Translations under genes and position numbers: made by a program | From: Candidatus Hodarchaeota archaeon | GTDB lineage: Archaea; Asgardarchaeota; Lokiarchaeia; Sigyniarchaeales; SOKP01 | Length of the DNA: 64,000 nucleotides | NCBI GenBank assembly: GCA_048886685.1 | Contig: JBHLKM010000016.1 | Coordinates: 45,082 to 109,081, forward strand | Reading direction: 5' to 3' | Notes under the pieces: generated by a model | What the model saw: only the letters and a program-made list of their open reading frames with translations | Database searches by the model: none | What the model was told of the DNA's origin: nothing | Part shown: in pieces, positions 39,954 to 50,108 of the stretch | Numbering within the stretch: position 1 is the stretch's first letter | Layout of the letters: every line of letters starts with the position of its first letter

Positions 39954-40790
39954 ATGAGTGAACAAAAAATTTATGGGTACAATAGAGAGCAATTAATGAA
40001 AATAGAACCAGGAATTCTGAGAACTTTCATTCATGAGAGAACACACCATGGGATTGAAGTATTAATTTATAGGATTCTTGCAGGGAAAAAGAAAAAACCC
40101 AGAAATTTTGGATATCAAGCAAAATTGCTTCTCGAAGTATGGAAAGAAAGAGGATTGTCCATAGATGCTCCCGATCTTCAATGGTCCGCAAGATATGTTG
40201 AGTTAGCAGATAGGTTGAATGCAGGTGAGAGAATATCGCTTGAAGAAAAATTACCCCTGCCATTTTCAGAACAGGAGATAATTACGGTTAAAAAGTTACT
40301 ATATGAGAGAAGATCTATACGGCAATTCCTAAATAAGCCTGTTCCAGAAGAAATGGTAAATGAAATCATGAAAGCAGGATTGATGGCTCCTCAAGGCTGT
40401 AATGTTGGTTCCACACGATTCATTATTCTACGGGATCCTAAAGAAATGAAGATGTTGGCTAGCGACATACCCATTGAAAATGGTGTGATGATCGTGGTTT
40501 GCCAAGATATGCGAGTTTATGAATGTCTTAGGTTCGACGAATTCGTTCCTCAAAACATTTATTTTGACGCTGCCGCTGCTGCTGATCATATGGTATTAAT
40601 GGCTCATGCATTGGGTTTAGGTGCTTGTTGGTTAACTCATGGATCAGAGACCCAGAAGAAGATCCAGCAATATTTTGGACTACCAGAAACTTTTATAAGT
40701 CGATGTCATATCATCTTGGGATGGCCCGATGAAGCTCCAATAAAGTCTGGAAGAATGAAGCTAAAAGAAGCAATTATCGAGAAAAAATAA
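39954..40790 (+). CDS. Nitroreductase family protein with N-terminal extension
   Basis: ERRSIRQF, APQGCN, AHALGLGACW, LGWP. Confidence 0.9.
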   Translation: MSEQKIYGYNREQLMKIEPGILRTFIHERTHHGIEVLIYRILAGKKKKPRNFGYQAKLLLEVWKERGLSIDAPDLQWSARYVELADRLNAGERISLEEKLPLPFSEQEIITVKKLLYERRSIRQFLNKPVPEEMVNEIMKAGLMAPQGCNVGSTRFIILRDPKEMKMLASDIPIENGVMIVVCQDMRVYECLRFDEFVPQNIYFDAAAAADHMVLMAHALGLGACWLTHGSETQKKIQQYFGLPETFISRCHIILGWPDEAPIKSGRMKLKEAIIEKK

Positions 40791-40884
40791 CACATAATAC
40801 GCAAATAATGTAAAAGTAAAAAAAAAAGAAAAAAAAATTGAAACATCTGAATACTTGATAAAATCTACTCAAAGATTAGTTTTC

Positions 40885-41451
40885 TTAACTTCCACTGCTT
40901 TCGCTCCCAGATGCTTTTGCTTTTTCTTCTGCTTTTTTTTGTTTAGCTTGTTTTTTTGCTAATTTAACATCCCCAAATGAAGGAGTCAATTTTGAGCCTT
41001 TTACCGGTAATATGCACGTTCCATCTTGTTTTACAGATCCTCTAGAAGCAACCATTGCTGTTTTTTGATTAAAGTGTAGCTCCAAGCGCCATTGATTATA
41101 TATGTCATCTTCTTTTCCCTTGCCCTTTTTTTTTTGCCATGTTGGCAATTTAATCTTAAAAGGATATTCTTTTGTCTCGCCTGCCTTTAATTTCTCACCA
41201 GAAGCAATGTCCCATTGCTTTAATTCCTTCTTTCGATCTCTCCAAGCTTCAGTTTCTTCTCCAGTTTCAGGATCCGTAGAAGTGACAAATTCTTTATATA
41301 TATCATATAATTCAATAAACAACTTTTTTAACTTTTTATCCTTTTTTTCTCCGTTGGTTATTATGATCTTTCCTCCAATTTCATCATTGGGTTTAACGAT
41401 TAGTGGAGGATCTTTAATCTCATATGCTACATGAACTTTTGTTCCAACCAT
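40885..41451 (-). CDS. Arrestin-N/SpoOM-like beta-sandwich protein
   Basis: PNDEIGGKIII...LKAGETKEYPFKIKLP pattern. Confidence 0.5.
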   Translation of the reverse strand: MVGTKVHVAYEIKDPPLIVKPNDEIGGKIIITNGEKKDKKLKKLFIELYDIYKEFVTSTDPETGEETEAWRDRKKELKQWDIASGEKLKAGETKEYPFKIKLPTWQKKKGKGKEDDIYNQWRLELHFNQKTAMVASRGSVKQDGTCILPVKGSKLTPSFGDVKLAKKQAKQKKAEEKAKASGSESSGS

Positions 41452-41566
41452 AATTTTTGCACCAAAAATGTAATATATTTAGACTTTATAAATGCATTTG
41501 GAATTAGTATATTAATGCTTTCAAGGAGTCAAAATCTAAAAAAAAAAAGGAATATATTAGTTCTTA

Positions 41567-42307
41567 TTATTTTGAATTTTTCTTGAGTATTTCTGCTACT
41601 TTAGCTATATATTTATCCATTTTAGGTCCTTTTTTGACAATCACGGTAATATTCATGTCAGTAACTTTTTCTTTCCCTTTTTTATCGGTGAAAGGAACGT
41701 CTACTTTATACTTGATAACACCTTTTTTAATCTTCTTCTCTTCTATGTCATAATTGTCCTTAAATGGATAAATATGGCCATAATTCAAGATATTAGATGC
41801 CTCCATATCTGCTGCCACAGATTTAGCGATGGAATCTGATACTGACTTGTGAACAGCATACGACCCAAGCCTAATAAATTCCAAACCCATTCCACTTAAT
41901 CTCGCTTGTTTAATTTCCTTCTTTCCCGAAGCAATAATCCTAAAATTCGAGATGTAAAGCATCCCAGTAATTTCCGAATTGTCGTCTTGGAGCCATCCCT
42001 CTGTAATTACCTTAAATTCCTCACCTGGAAGTTTACAAAATTTCTTAATGAAATGCGTTTCAAAATCAACCAGTTTTGGTCCATATCTCGCTGATGCCAT
42101 GAACATAAATCCTTTATATATTTTATCATTGAACTGCTCTACGTCCGCTTCGATAATAGCCTTGAAAATCTCACCCATCGCATCATATTCATCGGGTACA
42201 AGCTTTTTAAATCCCCCTAACAACTTCTTTACGACATTTCCGTGCTTTTTATTAGCAATAAGATCTAATACCTCATCTTTAAGAGCAACATAATCAGTTG
42301 GTGCCAT
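41567..42307 (-). CDS. Hypothetical protein, possible PH/GRAM-like domain
   Basis: LPGEE...GMLYISNFRII. Confidence 0.5.
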   Translation of the reverse strand: MAPTDYVALKDEVLDLIANKKHGNVVKKLLGGFKKLVPDEYDAMGEIFKAIIEADVEQFNDKIYKGFMFMASARYGPKLVDFETHFIKKFCKLPGEEFKVITEGWLQDDNSEITGMLYISNFRIIASGKKEIKQARLSGMGLEFIRLGSYAVHKSVSDSIAKSVAADMEASNILNYGHIYPFKDNYDIEEKKIKKGVIKYKVDVPFTDKKGKEKVTDMNITVIVKKGPKMDKYIAKVAEILKKNSK

Positions 42308-42603
42308 AAAATTTGCCTCATTTCGATTAAATTTCTAAAAATATGAAAGACGGTATGAAGAATACTCTCAACCTTTTTCATAATTTTTTTTCAAATTACT
42401 AATAACATGATAAGTTTAATGTTTAAATGTTTGCAAAGTCTTTTTTTTAAGTTGGTTTGATTTCCGAAAACATTAAGGTTCTAATGTAAAAATTTTTTTT
42501 CTTCTTTTTTCTTGAAATCTGGTTTCTCTGTGTATTAATTTCTATTTATTAGCTTCAAAATTAATGTTTTAAAAACTTTGAAATAGTTCAATTATTATAG
42601 GAT

Positions 42604-43284
42604 TTATTTTTTATAATTATCTAAAACTTGTTCAACTTCACGTTTGCCAAGCAATTTTTTTAAGATTGGGATTGCTAAAGATTTAGAGAAAAACTTTGGA
42701 TTGAAATTGTTATCAACCCATTTTTTTAATTGATTAATGACACTTTTTAAGTCTTGTGAAACTTTATGTATACCTCTGGTTGGCTTAGAAAAAGAGACAT
42801 CTTCTACTGGTAATCCATCCACGTATACCATAACCTTCCATTGTAATTCTTTTTTTCTGAAGGTTTCCCCCTCTACATGGATTATATTTACCTCTATTAG
42901 TTTTCCAATATAATAATCATTTCCGAAACCAAATTTATCCACAAAAGAAGTAAAGTACTCTACTGGTAATGAAGCAAATGCATCGTATAGCTCAAGAATA
43001 TTAATGTCTACGCACAGTCCATGAAATACGTTGTCAAGATCTCCCGTCTTAAGCTCTGCTATTGAAAAATAGCGTAAATATCCAAGATTTGCAAGTAAAT
43101 ATCTCATTAGAGCAGGATCATACTGAGAAAAAACCTCAATAAATTGCTGTTTAAGTTGAGGAGATGGTTCTTTATCCTGTTCCAAAACGTTTAAATAAAG
43201 TGATCTTAACTCTAAGGCTCTTTGTTTTAAAATCTGATCAGAAACTTCTTCTAGGATTTCCTTCTCCTTATCAGTGAATTTCAT
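42604..43284 (-). CDS. Hypothetical protein
   Basis: 226-aa ORF with no recognised motif. Confidence 0.65.
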   Translation of the reverse strand: MKFTDKEKEILEEVSDQILKQRALELRSLYLNVLEQDKEPSPQLKQQFIEVFSQYDPALMRYLLANLGYLRYFSIAELKTGDLDNVFHGLCVDINILELYDAFASLPVEYFTSFVDKFGFGNDYYIGKLIEVNIIHVEGETFRKKELQWKVMVYVDGLPVEDVSFSKPTRGIHKVSQDLKSVINQLKKWVDNNFNPKFFSKSLAIPILKKLLGKREVEQVLDNYKK

Positions 43285-43386
43285 AAGTAATTATATCTAA
43301 TTTTTCCTTATGAATCTATAGAGATTAGCTATTTCCTAAAGAATTGAAAATAATTTTTAGTATATGATTCAATGCTTCAATTTGTA

Positions 43387-43790
43387 CACAAATTGTGAAA
43401 TTTCAATTTTTTATCTCAAAAATACTTTCATCCTCAAACCTATTTTTTTACATTTTAGTAGTAAATTAACGATTATAACACATCAATTATCTAAAAAGCG
43501 ACAAAAATAACTATTAGCATGTGTTTCTTATAAAAAATAGATATCACAAAACTATTATAACACTTTTTTTATCATTGCATTGCATAAAAAAATTAAGATT
43601 GTTTTCTCTAGATACTTTTTTATACAAATCACAAAGATATTGTGCTCATATATAAATACAATTTTTACAACAAAACATTTATATATGAGATTGTGATACT
43701 AATATTATAACTAAGAATGATTTTTTCACACAAATGTTTCTCACAAAAGTTTTGTGTACAAAAAAATCTGACTAAATAGCGGTTGTGCGT
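43387..43790. promoter_or_regulatory. Cluster of CACAA/TTGTG inverted motifs upstream of tfb
   Basis: Palindromes at 43387-43397, 43630-43644 and 43742-43756, plus several half-sites. Confidence 0.4.
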
Positions 43791-43846
43791 TAAAAAAAAT
43801 TTTTTAAAAATTACCTTCATAAGATTTGGGCTAAGGTTAGGGAATA

Positions 43847-44746
43847 ATGGTTGTAAGAGATATTGAAATAAGTCCTCAGGCGAGTTTTTGTCCTGAATGT
43901 GGCGGGGGTACAATTTCAATTCATCAAAAAGGGGAAACAGTTTGTCAGCAGTGTGGCTTAGTAGTGAATGAGAAAGAAGTTGATATTTCTCATAGTGGAA
44001 TTAGAGCGTATTCAAAACAGGAGAAGGATAAAAAAGAACGAACAGGCTGCCCTATATCCATTTTAATGCCGGATATAGGATTAAGTACTATTATAGATAG
44101 AACAAAGATAAAGAATCCTGATTTAAGAAGGGCAGCTAAGTGGAACACGCATTTATCATGGGAAAAGAGAAATATGCTTATAGCTATAACAGAATTAAAG
44201 AGAATTGGCGGCAATTTAAATTTCCCTGAGCGTGTCAAAAAGGCAGCAGTTCGTCTTTATAAAGAGGTATTTAAGAAGAATTTATTACGGGGGAGGTCAA
44301 TAAATGGGATGATTGCAGCATGTGCGTATTATGTATGCAAACAAGAGAGAGTACCTATTACACTACAGGAAATCTTAGATGAGGCGTCTATAAACGATAA
44401 CATAGTAAAAAAGTGTTATAAAATTTTAGTACGAGAACTGAACCTAAAATCTCCACATATCGATCCAATTGCATTGATTCCGAGATATTGTGCAGATTTA
44501 GGATTAAATATCAATATTGAGAAGGAAGCAATAAAAGTATTAAAAAATTTCATAGAAGCTACTTCCATCTGCGGTAAAGATCCGAAAGGGTTATGTGCAG
44601 GAGCGATTTATTTAGTAGCAAAGCTAAAGAACCGAAAAGTAAGTCAGAAAGATATTTCACGGGTGATAGGGGTTACAGAGGTAACCTTACGCTCGAGGTA
44701 TAAAGAATTTTTACAACACGTTAGTTTTAATTTTAATGCAAACTAA
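43847..44746 (+). CDS. tfb: Transcription initiation factor IIB
   Basis: CPECG...CQQCG Zn ribbon, LLRGRS, GKDPKG, VTEVTLRSRYKE. Confidence 0.96.
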   Translation: MVVRDIEISPQASFCPECGGGTISIHQKGETVCQQCGLVVNEKEVDISHSGIRAYSKQEKDKKERTGCPISILMPDIGLSTIIDRTKIKNPDLRRAAKWNTHLSWEKRNMLIAITELKRIGGNLNFPERVKKAAVRLYKEVFKKNLLRGRSINGMIAACAYYVCKQERVPITLQEILDEASINDNIVKKCYKILVRELNLKSPHIDPIALIPRYCADLGLNINIEKEAIKVLKNFIEATSICGKDPKGLCAGAIYLVAKLKNRKVSQKDISRVIGVTEVTLRSRYKEFLQHVSFNFNAN

Positions 44747-44992
44747 ATTTTTCTTTTTACATTTCCAATAGAGTTTGAGGAGACTCATCTCCTCATTTTA
44801 ATTTAACTCTGATATTCCCACTGATAGATCAACGATTTTTACTCTCGTAACATTTTCAGAAGCAATATCCCTCGATTTTGATTAAATATTTAAATAAAAA
44901 ATCAATAATAATTACTTGAAATCTAATTTAATGTTTTATGATTTAAAATCAAATTTTCAATTAAAAATAAAAAAAGAGGGTGTTGCTAAATC

Positions 44993-45304
44993 ATGGCAAT
45001 TTTTATGCTTACTTCTTGGTTTCCATTCAATAAAGCTATAGAAGTTGGGAATTTAGTAACGAAATATACTAAACTTCCTGATTATATAACAAAATGGCGA
45101 ACTTTCTCAACAGCTGATGGTCCCGAAGGAATGAAAGTTTACAATCTAATATATGTTAAAGATGATAAGATTGTGGAAGCAGAGCTTTATGTTGCAAGGT
45201 TAATGCGAGAGTTTACTGATGGGATTAACGGATATACATATAAAGTAGAAGTAGTTTTGAGTGGTACAGATACTCGAAAATCTCTAGATGTAAAATTGTT
45301 GTAA
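44993..45304 (+). CDS. Small hypothetical protein
   Basis: 103-aa ORF with an upstream GAGGGTG SD-like site. Confidence 0.7.
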   Translation: MAIFMLTSWFPFNKAIEVGNLVTKYTKLPDYITKWRTFSTADGPEGMKVYNLIYVKDDKIVEAELYVARLMREFTDGINGYTYKVEVVLSGTDTRKSLDVKLL

Positions 45305-45588
45305 ACATAAAATCAATTATCTTTTTTTTTAAATTTAAAATTAGAATAAGAATAGTAGATGGATTTTTTTTCTAAAAGAATTTGGAATTTGAACCAGAAT
45401 AGTTTTATTATTATTTACTTTAAAGATTTTTCTATCTCTATCAAACTTTAAAAAAATTTAAATAATAGCTCTTTCATAATAGAGGTAAAAATTAGATTGA
45501 AAAAAAAATTATAATATTTCTAGGGTGAAGTTTTATATCAAATTTATTTTCGATTATATTTTTAGCAATTGGAGCTTTAATTTTTATT

Positions 45589-46494
45589 TTGATTATAAGA
45601 TATATAGTCATTACAACAAGATGTTCTAAGTGGCCAGTTGTTGTTGGTGAGATTATTTCGTCAGAAATGAAGCCAAAATATAAAAAATTAGCTGAATTTA
45701 CTGAAGCAGTCCACACGGTCGCTGGGATTTATCAACCAGATATAACCTATACCTATGATATTGATGGAGAGAAATACACTAATAATATGGTGAGACCAGT
45801 CGGAAGAAATGTGTATAAAGATAAACCTTTGGTACAGCGGGTATTAAATTTGTTTCCGGTAGGTTACAAGGTCTACATTTTCTACAATCCTAAAAATCCT
45901 CATAAATCAGTACTGGATCCTTGGATACGTTTTTCTCCAGTAGCAATTACGATACCTACAGCTCTAATTTTCCTAGGTTTGGGATTTTCTTTTAGTGGAT
46001 TTAGTTTATTAATTCCAATAGGGATAAATTTTATTTCATTTGCATTATACGTTGTTTCTGTGCTAATTATTGGACAAAATTTTAGATATTTAGTGAAAGC
46101 ATTGAAAAGTAAAAAATGGCCCTATGTGGAAGGAGAAATACAAAAAGTAATGGTATATAGAAAACAAGAAGATCAAGCTGTCTCTTATAATGTGGACGTA
46201 ACCTACACTTATGAGGTTCAGGGACAAAAATTTACTAATCATCAAATAAAACTCGATTTCGTACATGGAACTCGAACATTCGTACCAAAAATCTTTGCTA
46301 TGATGAAAGTAGAAAAATATGAAGAAGGAAATAAAATTAATGTTTTTTACGATCCTCACAATCCCAATGAATCAATACTGGAGCGTGGCCTAAGTTACTT
46401 TACATTTTTCCTGATGTTGATTGTAGGTATTGGATTATTCTTTTTTGGCTTTTTCGTAATTCAATTAATGATTTATAATATTTTACTTGGATAG
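45589..46494 (+). CDS. Membrane protein with two DUF3592 domains (start uncertain)
   Basis: Two repeats of WP.V.GEI...TY.Y.V.G..Y/FT...VFY.P.NP..S.L. Confidence 0.8.
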   Translation: MIIRYIVITTRCSKWPVVVGEIISSEMKPKYKKLAEFTEAVHTVAGIYQPDITYTYDIDGEKYTNNMVRPVGRNVYKDKPLVQRVLNLFPVGYKVYIFYNPKNPHKSVLDPWIRFSPVAITIPTALIFLGLGFSFSGFSLLIPIGINFISFALYVVSVLIIGQNFRYLVKALKSKKWPYVEGEIQKVMVYRKQEDQAVSYNVDVTYTYEVQGQKFTNHQIKLDFVHGTRTFVPKIFAMMKVEKYEEGNKINVFYDPHNPNESILERGLSYFTFFLMLIVGIGLFFFGFFVIQLMIYNILLG

Positions 46495-46706
46495 ATCTTA
46501 TCTTAATACGTATGTAAGCAGAGACCAATTCTATTAAAAAAATGTCGAATCTTAAAATCTGATTTTTATCCATTTTTTTTAATCTGCAGGAAATGATTAA
46601 TTACTCTAATATTCTTTTTTTTAGTAATCTATAAAATCTGAATTATTCCAACAATAAAGAATGGGAAATATATTTTCCACAGTAAATTTAATTATGATGT
46701 AGCTTT

Positions 46707-47828
46707 ATGTTTTTCAATCACACTTACTTAGTAAAGGGGTCATTATTTTTGGAAGAGAATTGGAAAGATAATATTCCTACACCTGCTCTTATATTGAATT
46801 ATGATAAAATGGTTGAAAATATTGAGTTAATGGCAAAATTTGCGAAAAGTGATAAAGTAAATTTACGTCCACACGTAAAAACACATAAATGCCCTAAAAT
46901 TGGTCAGTTGCAATTGAAGGCAGGGGCTAGAGGGATATGTGTTGCCAGGATTGGAGAAGCCGAAGTTTTTACTCAAAATGGTTTTGATGATATTTTAATA
47001 GCAAATCAAGTAGTTGAAATTAATCAAATAAAGAGATTAGTTAGCTTAAATAAGCATTCCTTGGTTAGAGTCTGTGTTGATTCAGAGAAAAATATAGTAG
47101 ACCTAAGTAAATTAGCATTAAAAGAAAATGTTGAATTAGAAGTGTTAATAGAGGTAGATGTTGGTTTAGGGAGAAATGGTGTTAAGCCAGGTGACCCTGC
47201 ATTAGAGTTGGGAAACTTTATTAAAGTCCAAAAGGGATTAAAGTTGGTTGGAATTCAAGGCTATGAAGGACATTTAATATCAATAAAAGATCCAGAACTT
47301 AGAAAACAAAAAACCGAAGAATGCATGGAAAAATTAGTTCAAACGAGAAATTTACTAAATGATAATGGATTTAACATTGATTATATAACCGCTAGTAATT
47401 CGGTTACCTATAAGCATTCTGCTAAAATTGATGGTATCACTGAAATTCAACCGGGAACTTATATTTTTAATGATGAGCACCATTCTCAATTAGTTCCAGA
47501 ATTCAACATCGCCACATCAATTTTGGGTACAATAACAAATATCCCAGGGAATAGAATATATACTCTAGATATCGGAATGAAAGCGGCTACTAATGACAAT
47601 GGGTATCCTGTTTTTAAGGATTATCCTAAATGTAAGATAAAAGTAATGATGGAGGACCATTCAGTTTTTTTATCTGGAAAACAGGATAGCTTTGAAATCG
47701 GACAAAAAATTGAACTTATCCCTTCACACATTTGTACAACCGTAAATTTATATGATTTCTATACCGTGATTAAAAATGATGAAGTAATTGCTAAATGGGA
47801 TATTTTAGCGAGAGGGAAAAATTATTAA
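46707..47828 (+). CDS. PLP-dependent D-threonine aldolase/D-serine dehydratase (DSD1) family, alanine racemase fold
   Basis: PTPAL, RPHVKTHK, GYEGH, PSHIC; start may be TTG at 46749. Confidence 0.9.
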   Translation: MFFNHTYLVKGSLFLEENWKDNIPTPALILNYDKMVENIELMAKFAKSDKVNLRPHVKTHKCPKIGQLQLKAGARGICVARIGEAEVFTQNGFDDILIANQVVEINQIKRLVSLNKHSLVRVCVDSEKNIVDLSKLALKENVELEVLIEVDVGLGRNGVKPGDPALELGNFIKVQKGLKLVGIQGYEGHLISIKDPELRKQKTEECMEKLVQTRNLLNDNGFNIDYITASNSVTYKHSAKIDGITEIQPGTYIFNDEHHSQLVPEFNIATSILGTITNIPGNRIYTLDIGMKAATNDNGYPVFKDYPKCKIKVMMEDHSVFLSGKQDSFEIGQKIELIPSHICTTVNLYDFYTVIKNDEVIAKWDILARGKNY

Positions 47829-47893
47829 TTATAGTGATTTGCTATAAATAAAAGAATTCCTATTTGAAACTTAAGCTAGGAATAGATTTTTGA

Positions 47894-48622
47894 CTAATTT
47901 TGATGCCCAGTTCTTCTTGCTGCTATTTGGCCAACTTTCCTTCCGGGTGGACGATTTCTGCTGGTTGTGGTAGATTTGTGAGGAGATTGTTTTGCACCAC
48001 CTCCATAAGGGTGGCTAACCGCATTCATAGCCACTCCTCTAGTTACAGGCCACTTTTTCGCTTTAGATTTATTATAATGGAACTTATTACCCGCTTTTAG
48101 GAATGGTTTATCTGTACGACCTCCTCCAGCAACCACACCTACAGTTGCAAGGCAATTTTCATTTATCCATTTGGTTTTCTTTGATCGAAATAGGAGTTCA
48201 ACTTTACTCCCAGATCTATTTCTTACAATTGCAGCAACGCCAGAAGCTCTAGCAAATTTACCACCATCCTGTGGGGTTGACTCGATATTAAAAACCAATG
48301 TCCCTAATGGCATTTTTTTCAAAGGCAGAATATTTCCAACCTCTACTGCCTGACCATATCCGGTTTTTGATTGGATAAATTCTTGTCCTATATAAATTCC
48401 CTCTGGGGGAAGCCAATATCCTTTCTCGCCATTATCGTATTGAATTACCGCTACGGGAGCACCTCGTCCCGGTGAATGGATGAGATCTATTACTTTAAAT
48501 GCAAACAGTTTCTCGTTTTTTAGGAATGGACGATATTTTACAGCTCCAATGTGACGATGTGAGGGTGATCGAAAGGGTAAAGTCCCTCTACCTTTCCGTT
48601 GAGCAAGTATACGTTTTCCCAT
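47894..48622 (-). CDS. rpl2: 50S ribosomal protein uL2
   Basis: MGKRILAQRKG, PGRGAP, RGVAMNAVSHPYGGG. Confidence 0.97.
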   Translation of the reverse strand: MGKRILAQRKGRGTLPFRSPSHRHIGAVKYRPFLKNEKLFAFKVIDLIHSPGRGAPVAVIQYDNGEKGYWLPPEGIYIGQEFIQSKTGYGQAVEVGNILPLKKMPLGTLVFNIESTPQDGGKFARASGVAAIVRNRSGSKVELLFRSKKTKWINENCLATVGVVAGGGRTDKPFLKAGNKFHYNKSKAKKWPVTRGVAMNAVSHPYGGGAKQSPHKSTTTSRNRPPGRKVGQIAARRTGHQN

Positions 48623-48749
48623 ACGTCTTCACGATATTTTCTGAATATAATTTTAAATTATTTAAACCTTAAATTTTTTATTGTTTTCAATGAAATTTAA
48701 GAAATGATTAAGAAAAGAATTTATCAAAAACTGCCATGAATCAGGGATT

Positions 48750-50108
48750 TTAGAGTTTATTATTTTTCAAAAGTGTATCAATATCATAGTTAAAAGCAAT
48801 TGGTAATTCTCTATCAATAAATTCGCCTGCGATATTTTGGAGCAATAATTTTTTAATTTCTTCGGGATCACTCGTTTGTCCTAAAACCCAGCCTAATTTG
48901 ACATATCCAACCTCTGGCAACAAATTTTTACCTGGTATTATGCCCAAATCTAATAGTTCGCGCCCCGTACTGTAAACTTGCATACCAACAAAACCGTGTA
49001 AAGTTTGTGTAGTCATAAGAATTGTCATTCCCTCTTGTACGGCTCTTTCTATCGAGTTATAGAGATTGGTAGGTAAATGACCTAATCCTGTTCCAGCAAA
49101 GACAATCCCTTTATATCCTTTATCGATATAGAAATCAATCACTTCTGTATCAATTTCAGGATATGAATATATAAGAGCTACCTTGTTTTCAAAGTTAGTA
49201 GAAGCTACTGTATTTGAATTTGATCTTCTTTTATAATCTTTGGTAAACATCTTAATTTTTCTATCCCGAACCATTCCAAGAGGTATATTATCGATTGTAC
49301 GGAATGTATCTCTTACAGAAGAATGCATTTTTCTTACAGTAGTGCCTCTATGGATTAAACCATAATCATGTGAAGTAGAACCTAACATTGAAACAACCAC
49401 TTCGGCGATGTCAGAACCAGCTACAATGGCGGCGTTGATTAAATTTAAAGCAGCATCAGAAGAGGGTCTATCAGAACTTCTCTGGCTTCCAACTAACACT
49501 ACAGGGATTGAAAGTTCCTTTAGCATGAATGATAGTGCCGCACTCGTAAAAGACATAGTATCTGTTCCATGGCCAATCATAATGCCTTCAATTCCAGAAT
49601 GTGCTGCTTCTTCAATTTTCTTAGCTAATTTTTGCCAATACTCATGTTTCATATTCTCAGAGAGGATTTCAAAAACCATTTCACACTCAAGATTGCATAT
49701 TTCTGCCAATTCTGGAACTGTGCTAAATAATTCTCCTGGAGTAAAAGAGGGTATTACAGCTCCTGTAGTATAATCTAATCTTGAGGCAACTGTTCCGCCT
49801 GTACCTAATAATGTAATAATTGGGAGATTTTTGTTTTTTGGAAACTTTTTTTCTGGAATCTTATAAACTGCTTCTCTTTTTCCAATTTTTTTGATCTCTT
49901 GAACCTCAGAGACTTTTATTCCAATATTATAATTATTTTCTAGCTTAAGATTAATGAAGTTGGGAGCCGAATACTCGCTTCTTGGCAATATAATGCCTTC
50001 ATAATTGGTTTTTGATGTTTTAATTTGAACGATATCCCAGATTTCTATTTTATTCTCTTCTAAAAGTTTTTTTCCTTCTGCTTTATATCCTTTTAATTTT
50101 TCACTCAA
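48750..50108 (-). CDS. gatD: Glu-tRNA(Gln) amidotransferase subunit D
   Basis: GTGGTVASR, HGTDT, GSQRSSDRPSSD, RKMHSS. Confidence 0.96.
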   Translation of the reverse strand: MSEKLKGYKAEGKKLLEENKIEIWDIVQIKTSKTNYEGIILPRSEYSAPNFINLKLENNYNIGIKVSEVQEIKKIGKREAVYKIPEKKFPKNKNLPIITLLGTGGTVASRLDYTTGAVIPSFTPGELFSTVPELAEICNLECEMVFEILSENMKHEYWQKLAKKIEEAAHSGIEGIMIGHGTDTMSFTSAALSFMLKELSIPVVLVGSQRSSDRPSSDAALNLINAAIVAGSDIAEVVVSMLGSTSHDYGLIHRGTTVRKMHSSVRDTFRTIDNIPLGMVRDRKIKMFTKDYKRRSNSNTVASTNFENKVALIYSYPEIDTEVIDFYIDKGYKGIVFAGTGLGHLPTNLYNSIERAVQEGMTILMTTQTLHGFVGMQVYSTGRELLDLGIIPGKNLLPEVGYVKLGWVLGQTSDPEEIKKLLLQNIAGEFIDRELPIAFNYDIDTLLKNNKL

